Shown: positions 10,342 to 17,443 of the stretch, in pieces
Layout of the letters: the number at the start of each line of letters is the position of its first letter
How positions within the stretch are numbered: the first letter of the stretch is position 1
NCBI GenBank assembly: GCA_965215195.1
Contig: CBDCDC010000002.1
Location: forward strand, 4,160,001 to 4,224,000
DNA from: Candidatus Latescibacterota bacterium
GTDB taxonomy: Bacteria > Latescibacterota > UBA2968 > UBA8231
Reading direction: 5' to 3'
Length of the DNA stretch: 64,000 nucleotides
Made by a program: the position numbers and the translations under genes
The notes under the pieces: generated by a model
Told to the model about the DNA's origin: nothing
Database searches by the model: none
Seen by the model: only the letters and a program-made list of their open reading frames with translations

Positions 10342-10423
10342 TTATTCAACAGAATGATTGACAACGAAATTGTTGAAAAACATAGAACTCAACAATCTCG
10401 TTGTCAACCGATTTGTTGAATAA
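10342..10423. promoter_or_regulatory. Long AT-rich imperfect palindrome upstream of the ATPase pair (putative operator/promoter)
   Basis: TTATTCAACAgaatgaTTGACAACGAAATTGTTGA-n12-TCAACAATCTCGTTGTCAAccgattTGTTGAATAA. Contains TTGACA on both strands. Confidence 0.7.
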
Positions 10424-10484
10424 ATCGCAAGGCGGTACATCTTGCCTATCCGTGAGATGCAGTTTTCCGGGTCGGTTGGTGAGC

Positions 10485-11107
10485 GATCAAGGGACTAAAG
10501 GCTGAAAATCCGCGCTGCTCATTGGTTCGTGATTATCCCAGCAGCCGTACATCTCAATCAATCCGCGCTGCTTCAACAGGAAAGGTTGATGGTTAATCCG
10601 CACCACTTTCGCCCCGAATTTACCAAACCCTTCGGCGCTCGCCGCAACCAAATCTTCCACCAAGTAACGCGGTGCCCATCCGATCATACAGTAATCCGTC
10701 GTCTGAATTTGCACGGCCAACCCGGTCGCAGGATTGGTCAATTCCAGTGTGACGTACAGCTCTTCTCCGTGCTCAAGGCGGCCAATTCGATCTTTAGCCG
10801 CGTCATTGATATGTCGCCAGCCATGCAGGAAGAACCGGCAAGAGAAGCCCCCGGTGTCGTCTTTCTCGATCTTTGGAAAAACCTCGTAAGCGTCCGTTAC
10901 GCGGTGGCCTCCGTTGGTGGACAAAATCTCAACGGGGTCCGCTTCCTCGGTTAGATCAAGGCGGTCAAGGTAGTCGGTAAAGTCCGGCCTTGTCCGATTC
11001 ATAACCCGGTTTTGGAATAGCGGAAACAGCTCCGCGGACTGATAATCTTCGTTCAAGTCGGGAAAATCGATCAACAGAGGAAACCCCACCTCTTCTTGTG
11101 CTCGCTT
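10485..11107. repeat. 623-bp direct repeat, copy B
   Basis: Near-identical to 6719-7341. Confidence 0.95.
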
Positions 11108-11120
11108 TGCGCCGCCGATT
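10487..11120 (-). pseudogene. HipS-like/HIRAN protein, copy 2, 5'-truncated
   Basis: Recognisable sequence begins at GGAKRAQEE. The upstream ORF part is unrelated to copy 1 and lacks WFPVGRL. Confidence 0.7.
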
Positions 11121-11224
11121 CGCGCCGCGTCCTTTTCGCCAATGCGATTTTGAAAGCAACTTTCTACTAGTAGCTTAGCACGTCCGCAAAAACAGCCGCC
11201 ACCCGCGAACTGACGCTTCCCCAA

Positions 11225-11851
11225 TCAGGCCGTCGGCCTCTGCTCCAAGTCCAGTTCCGCGGAATCACGTGCAGACGCAAGCTCCGCTCCCGGTCTGGAC
11301 GGTTCCATGAACGTAATGGCCTCGTAGAAGTCGTCTAACGCGACAAATATGCCGTTTTCTTGCGCCCATCTGCGCATCCGCTGGTTGCAAGAATGCGCCC
11401 ATGACAGGATTTCCACCCGCCACCCGCGCTTGTGCATGCGCTCCAACGTGCTGTGAAAACCCGCGCCTTCGAGATAGCCGGCACCGTCGCCCGTCAGCAA
11501 CACCACGATGCCGGGATTGCCGTTGTAATCCAGCGCATCTTCCAGCATGCGCAACTGCAATACTCGGTCGGGCATTTCCTGTTCGCCGCGCCCGGAACTG
11601 CCTCGGTCAAACAGTTGAACTTCTACCTCCTTGCCTTCTATTCGGTTCCACAACTGGCGCATTTCTGGCGGCACCGAGCCGGTGGCAAGGGCCTTTTTCA
11701 GTGGGCGATCGGCGTGCGCTAGGCGCAGTATATTGTCAAAGTTGACGCGCACGCGGTAACGGGCATTGGCACCTTCACGTCGTTCTTCCGCCAGCCGTTG
11801 TGCCTCGTGGAAGATGTTGGAGTTGTCCCAATAAATGAAAACACTGTTCAT
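11225..11851 (-). CDS. NYN (LabA/DUF88, PIN-like) domain putative RNase
   Basis: VFIYWDNSNIF, EQEMPD, LLTGDG, GWRVEILSW. GAGGAGG RBS. Confidence 0.85.
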   Translation of the reverse strand: MNSVFIYWDNSNIFHEAQRLAEERREGANARYRVRVNFDNILRLAHADRPLKKALATGSVPPEMRQLWNRIEGKEVEVQLFDRGSSGRGEQEMPDRVLQLRMLEDALDYNGNPGIVVLLTGDGAGYLEGAGFHSTLERMHKRGWRVEILSWAHSCNQRMRRWAQENGIFVALDDFYEAITFMEPSRPGAELASARDSAELDLEQRPTA

Positions 11852-11882
11852 GCTGGATTGCCTCCTCGCACCCGCTGGCTGA

Positions 11883-11928
11883 AAACCCCCGGCGGACCGT
11901 ATTGCGCAGCGGTCGAGAGGGCCTCGGA
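11883..11928 (-). ncRNA. Putative structured RNA/hairpin element in the NYN leader (second copy at 13411-13456)
   Basis: TCCGAGGCCCTCTCGACCGCTGCGCAATACGGTCCGCCGGGGGTTT, 42/46 identical to the second copy, with differences outside the GACCG/CGGTC stem. Confidence 0.45.
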
Positions 11929-11939
11929 TGGAGTGCTTT

Positions 11940-11963
11940 TCGAGGGCGAGACGTCCTCGATCC
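11940..11963. repeat. REP-like hairpin
   Basis: TCGAGGGCGAGACGTCCTCGATCC, the same motif as the internal hairpin of the MITE copies. Confidence 0.6.
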
Positions 11964-12067
11964 GGGGTGCTTTGATCCGTTTGAGAGACCGAACTCGGAA
12001 TTTTAGACCGCTTCTAACATACCGAGGCGACTCGACAATGGGAGACCTTCTGCTTGGAAGCGGCTTC

Positions 12068-13342
12068 CTACCAGTAGCTCAGGGCATCCGCGAAAACCGC
12101 CGCCAGTTCCTCGGCGTCGGCCGCGCGCGGCGAGAGCTTGGTTACTCGGTGTTGCGGCAGCGTACCCTCGACGAGGGCCGGGATGTGCTGGTGGCCGTAG
12201 CCGAGTGCGCTGAGGCCGTTGGGTGCGCCGAGTTGGCGCATCAGCGAGACGATGCGGTCGGCCAAGATCGCGCCCGCATCCTCGCGCTTAGCCCCGCTGC
12301 AATCGGCCCCCAAGACCGCAGCCGCCCGCAGATGCCGCTGAGGACAAGCCGGCGCGGTGAAGCGAAAGACCGCGGGCGAGTTGACGATCACGGCAAACCC
12401 GTGCGGCACTAGCGGGTAATCAATGGCATATCCCTCGGGCACATAGCTTTCCACCATGCCAGCCACCGGATAGGACATGCCGTGCGGCAAGTGGACGCCG
12501 GCGTTGCCAAAGCCAATGCCGGCGAGGGCGGCCGCCAAGCTCATCGCGCTGCGGGCCTCGTCGTCGCTTGAGTCGGCCACGGCGCGGAGCAGAAATTGCG
12601 CCACCAAGCGCAAAGCCTCCAACGCCCACAAGTCGCTGATGGGATTTGCGCCTTGGTAGGCCGGTCGCAGTTGGGGCCGGTCGGGTCGGGGCCGCTGGTC
12701 AAACGGCAGGGCCGTGTAGGACTCCAAGGCGTGCGAGAGCACGTCGAGGCCGGTTGCAGCGGCCACCTGCGGCGGCATGGAGCGCGTGTTGTCTGGATCG
12801 ACGATTCCCAAGGTCGGGCGCATGTAGCGGTGGGCCATGCCGGTCTTGGCCTTCATCTCCACGAAATCGAAAATCGCCACGCCCGTGGTCTCGCTGCCGG
12901 TGCCAGCGGTCGTGGGAACGGCGATCAGGGGCTTGAGCGGGCCGGGCACTGGCTCACCCCGGCCAATGGGCGCGTTGACGTAGGTGAGGAAATCGGCCGG
13001 GTACGTGGTGTACACGTTGGCTGCTTTGGCCGTGTCCATCACCGACCCCCCGCCGACCGCGACGAACCCGTCAAACCCTTGTTGGGCGTACGCAATCGCT
13101 GCTTTGAACGAGGCGTCCGTTGGCTCGACGCGCACTTGGTCGAACAGCGCGTACTCGACGCCCGCTTCGGCAATGGCGGCCAAGGCTGTCTGCACTGGCA
13201 CTTGCTCGCGCAAGTTTGGGTCGGTCAACACCATGACCCGCTTCAGCCCCCGGTCCTTTAGATCCATGCCGATCTCCTTGGTGGTGCCCGGGCCGAAGCG
13301 GATGTTGGAGGTGGCGATTTCGTACGCGGTGTCAAAAAGCAT
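12068..13342 (-). CDS. Hydroxyacid-oxoacid transhydrogenase (Fe-containing ADH family, ADHFE1-like)
   Basis: AVGGGSVMDTAKA, PTTAGTGSETT, DVLSHALESYTA, RPAYQGANPISD, GVHLPHGMSYPV, PHG. Confidence 0.9.
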   Translation of the reverse strand: MLFDTAYEIATSNIRFGPGTTKEIGMDLKDRGLKRVMVLTDPNLREQVPVQTALAAIAEAGVEYALFDQVRVEPTDASFKAAIAYAQQGFDGFVAVGGGSVMDTAKAANVYTTYPADFLTYVNAPIGRGEPVPGPLKPLIAVPTTAGTGSETTGVAIFDFVEMKAKTGMAHRYMRPTLGIVDPDNTRSMPPQVAAATGLDVLSHALESYTALPFDQRPRPDRPQLRPAYQGANPISDLWALEALRLVAQFLLRAVADSSDDEARSAMSLAAALAGIGFGNAGVHLPHGMSYPVAGMVESYVPEGYAIDYPLVPHGFAVIVNSPAVFRFTAPACPQRHLRAAAVLGADCSGAKREDAGAILADRIVSLMRQLGAPNGLSALGYGHQHIPALVEGTLPQHRVTKLSPRAADAEELAAVFADALSYW

Positions 13343-13410
13343 GATATAGCAATCCTCAGAAGCGGTCTGAAAATTCCGGGTAGCGTCCCTTGTGTGCAAG
13401 GGCGGCTCGC

Positions 13411-13456
13411 TCCGAGGCCCTCTTGACCGCTGCTCAACGCGGTCCGCCGGGGGTTT
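13411..13456 (+). repeat. Second copy of the NYN-leader hairpin element
   Basis: TCCGAGGCCCTCTTGACCGCTGCTCAACGCGGTCCGCCGGGGGTTT. Confidence 0.75.
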
Positions 13457-13469
13457 GTCGCGCCTAAAA

Positions 13470-13498
13470 GCCTGCGCCCGTGAAAACGGGAGGCGCGG
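13470..13498. repeat. Small REP-like palindrome (related inverted copy at 45703-45730)
   Basis: GCCTGCGCCCGTGAAAACGGGAGGCGCGG versus CCGCGCCCCCGTTTTCACGGCCGCAAGC. Confidence 0.55.
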
Positions 13499-13526
13499 TG
13501 AAGCAGACCGCTTCTATCTAAATGAC

Positions 13527-13678
13527 CTTAGTACCCGACCCCTAAAGTAGGCGCCCCTTACTTTGAGTACGCCTTTTCTGCTGTTTCCGATGGGTGCGGG
13601 ATCGAGGGCGTCCCGTCCTCGCCGAGGGCAAGATGCCCTCGATCCTTGGCAGGCTGAGGGCTGGTGTCGTGTAGTAAG
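13527..13678. mobile_element. MITE, 152 bp, imperfect TIRs, 9-bp target-site duplication
   Basis: Ends CTTAGTACCCGACCCC / revcomp CTTACTACACGACACC. Flanked by CTAAATGAC at 13518-13526 and 13679-13687. Confidence 0.9.
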
Positions 13679-13758
13679 CTAAATGACTAAAAAAATGTGC
13701 AATGTGTACTGCTGGTTAATACGCTGCGATGGCTATCTGCGTCATCTGTAGAACGACG

Positions 13759-14070
13759 CTAGCCGCTAAACGCCTTGAACGCCAGCCCGGCGATTGCCAA
13801 GATCGTCGTTAGCTGGAGCGGTATCATCCAGCGGTATAGCCTGTCAATTTTGGCTTCAAGCGATTCGCGGTGGGCGTCAATTTTGGCTTCAAGCGATTCG
13901 CGATTGGCGTCAGTTTTGGCTTCAAGCGATTCGCGGTGGGCGTCAATTTTGGTTTCGATGCGGCCCAGCCGGGCGTCGATTTGCTCGACAATGCCCTCCA
14001 GTCGGGCGATGCGTCCTTCGTGGTCTAACGGATACGGCCGCTCCGGCGGCGGTGGTAGTTGCTCGCTCAT
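13759..14070 (-). CDS. Small coiled-coil protein with 11-aa repeats and C-terminal TM anchor (DUF1640/Bdr-like architecture)
   Basis: KIDAHRESLEA-type unit x3 followed by hydrophobic tail WMIPLQLTTILAIAGLAF. AGGAG RBS. Confidence 0.7.
   Translation of the reverse strand: MSEQLPPPPERPYPLDHEGRIARLEGIVEQIDARLGRIETKIDAHRESLEAKTDANRESLEAKIDAHRESLEAKIDRLYRWMIPLQLTTILAIAGLAFKAFSG
13843..13952. repeat. 33-bp coding tandem repeat x3.3
   Basis: GTCAATTTTGGCTTCAAGCGATTCGCGGTGGGC units. Confidence 0.9.
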
Positions 14071-14301
14071 GCTCCTGCCTCCTGTTTGATGGTTAAGGGC
14101 GGGCTGTGTGCGGCCCAAACCTTAAAAAACGTCTCCGCGCCTTCCGAGTTCCCGCCGATCCCGAAAATTCATACCAATCCATCTAAACCGTCTCCCCTAG
14201 TGCTAGAAGGTAGGGCCTAAAATAGGGTTGACTTGGAAGGCCGGGCAAGGTCTAGTTAAAGGCTCTGACAACGGGAGATCGCGGTGGTTGAACGAGCGGA
14301 T

Positions 14302-14709
14302 ATGACGCACGAGGACGTGGAGGAAGGGCGGCGGTTGGCCTTGGATTTTGGCAAGTTGCAGCGGGCCGCAGCCTGTGGCGCGGGGTTGGTGCCAGTGGCG
14401 GTGCAGGACGCCGACAGCGGCGAGGTGCTGATCGTGGCGTACGCCAATGAAGAGGCCCTGAATTATGCGCGGCGCGAGCGCGTGGCCGCGTTTTGGAGCA
14501 CATCGCGCAATGAGTTGTGGGTCAAGGGCGCGACCTCGGGCAATGTGCTCGAACTGGTCGAAATCCGCGTCAATTGCGAGCAAAATTCGCTGTTGTATCG
14601 CGTCCGGCCCAAAGGACAGGGCGCGTGCCACACTCGGGATGCGACTGGTCGGGTGCGGTCGGGCTGCTACTACCGGCGGCTCGTGGGGGATCGGCTCGAA
14701 CCGGTTTGA
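14302..14709 (+). CDS. hisI: Phosphoribosyl-AMP cyclohydrolase
   Basis: GLVPVAVQDADSGEVL, FWSTSRNELWVKGATSGN, NCEQN, GACHT, CYYR. Confidence 0.9.
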   Translation: MTHEDVEEGRRLALDFGKLQRAAACGAGLVPVAVQDADSGEVLIVAYANEEALNYARRERVAAFWSTSRNELWVKGATSGNVLELVEIRVNCEQNSLLYRVRPKGQGACHTRDATGRVRSGCYYRRLVGDRLEPV

Positions 14710-14774
14710 ATTGCTCTGTGCGGATTGTATTTTTGCGAGTAGAGTCCGATACCCTTCAACCGGAGGACCAAGCC

Positions 14775-15302
14775 ATGGCTAATGCCGTGATTGTCGTCGA
14801 TATGCAGAACGGCTTTATGCGTCCAGACGGGACGCTCTACTGCGGAGATCAAGCGCGGGCGATCATCCCGCGAATCGCCGCACGGGCCGAGCGCGAAAAG
14901 GCCGCTGGGGCCTCCCTGTTTTTCACCCAAGACAGCCACAGCGAAAACGACCGCGAATTCGAGATGTTCCCTCCCCACTGCATCAAAGGCAGCGAGGAGG
15001 AGCACATCATCGCCGAGTTGGCCCCATTGGCCAAAGACGCGCAGATTGTCAAAAAGCGGCGCTATAGTGCCTTTTTCGAGACCGAGTTGGCCGCGGCATT
15101 GGCTGCGCTAGCGCCGGACAAGGTCGTGGTGATGGGCGATTGCACGGATATTTGCGTCCTGCACACCGTGGCCGGGCTGCGCAACCGCGACTATCCGGTC
15201 GAGGTCCCAGCCGATTGCGTCGCCAGCTTTGATCCCCAACAACACGAATGGGCTTTGGGGCACATGGAAAAAATCCTCGGGGCACAGGTCACCAATCGCT
15301 GA
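14775..15302 (+). CDS. pncA: Nicotinamidase / isochorismatase-family cysteine hydrolase
   Basis: VVDMQNGF, D.H, FPPHC, KRRYSAF, GDCTDICV. Adjacent to pncB. Confidence 0.82.
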   Translation: MANAVIVVDMQNGFMRPDGTLYCGDQARAIIPRIAARAEREKAAGASLFFTQDSHSENDREFEMFPPHCIKGSEEEHIIAELAPLAKDAQIVKKRRYSAFFETELAAALAALAPDKVVVMGDCTDICVLHTVAGLRNRDYPVEVPADCVASFDPQQHEWALGHMEKILGAQVTNR

Positions 15303-16303
15303 TGGTAGAGCGCGACCTATACGCGCCCTCGGCTGCGACGCTGGCGGGCGACAACGCGGATATTTACTTCCGCCGCAGTTGCGACATCCTCGCGGCCGAG
15401 CAGCTCAATCCGGTCGTGGCGATGGAGGTGTTTGCCCGGCGGCGCGCCCTGCTGTGCGGCTTGCGCGAGGCCCAAGCTCTTTTGCGGCAAGTGCTCGGCG
15501 CGGAGGCAGAGGTGTGGAGCTTGGACGAAGGGGATTGGATTGAGCCGTGCGAGGTCGCCTTGCGGATTCGCGCGCCCTACCGGCAGTTCGGCCTGTACGA
15601 GACGGCGCTATTGGGAATGCTCAGCAGCGAGACCGGATGGGCCACGGCCGCGGCCGAGTGCGTGGCTGCGGCCGACGGGGTGCCGATCATCAGCTTCGGC
15701 GCTCGGCACATCCACCCGGAGGTCAGCGCGCGGATGGAATACGCGGCCATCGTCGGGGGGTGCGCCGGATGCGCCACCCCGCAAGGGGCTGCCCTCGCCG
15801 GCATTGAGGCAACCGGGACCATGCCCCACGCCCTGATCCTGTGCCTCGGCGACACGCTCAAAGCGGCTAGGGCCTTTGACCGCCACATCGACGCCAAGGT
15901 CGAGCGCATCGCGCTGGTTGATACCTTTAAGGACGAAGCCGAAGAGAGCCTGCGCTTGGCAGAAGCCTTGGGCGAGAAGCTGTCGGGGGTGCGGCTGGAC
16001 ACCCCGAGCGAGCGCGGCCGGGTCACGGCCGAGTTGGTCGCGGAGGTGCGTGCGCGGCTGGACCAAGCCGGGCATAGCCACGTAAAGATCGCAGTCTCCG
16101 GCGGCTTGGACGCCGAGCGAATCGGCTATTTCCGGGCGGCCGGGGCCCCAGTGGATGCCTTTGGGGTCGGCAGCGCGATCAGCGGAGCCGCGCCCATCGA
16201 TTTTACTGCGGACATCAAGGAAGTAGCAGGCCGCCCTCTCGCCAAGCGGGGGCGGATACCGGGGCTTACTGAAAACCCCCGGCTCAAGCGGTTGGAACGC
16301 TAA
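15302..16303 (+). CDS. pncB: Nicotinate phosphoribosyltransferase
   Basis: ADIYF, SFGARH.HP, GTMPHA, LVDTF, VRLDTP, SGGL, FGVGS, AKRG. TGATG coupling to pncA. Confidence 0.88.
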   Translation: MVERDLYAPSAATLAGDNADIYFRRSCDILAAEQLNPVVAMEVFARRRALLCGLREAQALLRQVLGAEAEVWSLDEGDWIEPCEVALRIRAPYRQFGLYETALLGMLSSETGWATAAAECVAAADGVPIISFGARHIHPEVSARMEYAAIVGGCAGCATPQGAALAGIEATGTMPHALILCLGDTLKAARAFDRHIDAKVERIALVDTFKDEAEESLRLAEALGEKLSGVRLDTPSERGRVTAELVAEVRARLDQAGHSHVKIAVSGGLDAERIGYFRAAGAPVDAFGVGSAISGAAPIDFTADIKEVAGRPLAKRGRIPGLTENPRLKRLER

Positions 16304-16315
16304 AAGGAGCATGTT

Positions 16316-17443
16316 ATGAGCAAATACGATTTTGGCAGTGGACGCACCGATCCCGGCTCGTTTCCCACAGAGGCGTTGGCCGAGGCGGCGAGCGTGGCCG
16401 TGCGCGAGCTGGGCGCGGATTTGGTGCGCTATCCCGGCGACATGGGCCATCAGGGCTTGCGCGAGGTCATGGCCATGCGCGAATCCAAGCGCGAGGGCGT
16501 GGAGGTGTCTGCCGACCACATCGCGCTGATGAACGGCTCCATGCAGGCCGTCACGCTGATAGCCGAGGCCCTAATGGAAGGTCCGGGGGATGTGATCGTC
16601 ACCGAGGAATTGACGTATTCCGGGACGATTGCCGCGTACAAGCGGTTGGGGGCCGAGTTGGTCGGGGTGCCGCTCGACGAGCAGGGCATGCGCGTTGATG
16701 CGCTGGCCGACGTTTTGGCGGCTTTGCACCGCCGGGGCACCCGGCCGCGCTTCATTTATACCTTGGCGACCTACCAGAACCCCACCGGCTCGGTCATGCC
16801 GCGGCCGCGCCGCCTCGAGCTGCTCGAAGTGGCGCGCTACTACGAGGCCATTGTGGTGGAAGACAACTGCTATGGCGACGTGCATTTTGAGGGCCCGCAG
16901 GAACCGGCGCTCTACGCGCTCGACGACAGCCCCAACGTCCTGTACATCGGCTCGCTGTCCAAAATTTTGGGCCCCGGGGTGCGGATGGGCTATTTGTTGG
17001 CCCGGCCGCCCATGCTGGGGCGGATCCTCGACCGCCGCTACGACGGGGGCAACAGCTTGCTGACCGCCGCTAGCTGCGCGGCCCTGTTCCGCGACCGACT
17101 GTGGCAGCACTTGGCCGCGACCAATGCCATCCTCAGGGAAAAGCGCGACGCGGTCTTTGCCGGCCTCGCAGAGAACGCGGGCGATCTATGCACGTGGTCG
17201 CGGCCGGTGGGCGGCATGTTCATCTGGATTGAGTTCCCCGCAGCGGTAGATCGCGATCGCCTCATGGCCCTGTGCGCCGAGCGCGGCATTGTGGTGGCGC
17301 GGGGGCAGGGTTTCCACATCCGGCGCGAGGACGTGCCGGCCATGCGCCTCGCCTTTGGCTTTGCCTCGCTGGCGGCCATCCGTGCGGGCGTACCGCTGTT
17401 GGCCGAGTGCATCCACGAGGCGCGGGTGCCCGTGATGGCCTGA
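16316..17443 (+). CDS. PLP-dependent class I/II aminotransferase (MocR/2-aminoadipate transaminase-like)
   Basis: YQNPTG, EDNCY, GSLSKILGPGVRMG, GGMFIW. Confidence 0.85.
   Translation: MSKYDFGSGRTDPGSFPTEALAEAASVAVRELGADLVRYPGDMGHQGLREVMAMRESKREGVEVSADHIALMNGSMQAVTLIAEALMEGPGDVIVTEELTYSGTIAAYKRLGAELVGVPLDEQGMRVDALADVLAALHRRGTRPRFIYTLATYQNPTGSVMPRPRRLELLEVARYYEAIVVEDNCYGDVHFEGPQEPALYALDDSPNVLYIGSLSKILGPGVRMGYLLARPPMLGRILDRRYDGGNSLLTAASCAALFRDRLWQHLAATNAILREKRDAVFAGLAENAGDLCTWSRPVGGMFIWIEFPAAVDRDRLMALCAERGIVVARGQGFHIRREDVPAMRLAFGFASLAAIRAGVPLLAECIHEARVPVMA

Noticed and set aside
11883-13456. 46-bp inverted pair as transposon ends around the HOT gene
   Set aside because: No target duplication outside the pair and no transposase.
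13843-13952. 33-bp repeats as CRISPR
   Set aside because: Head-to-tail with no spacers and in frame within a CDS.
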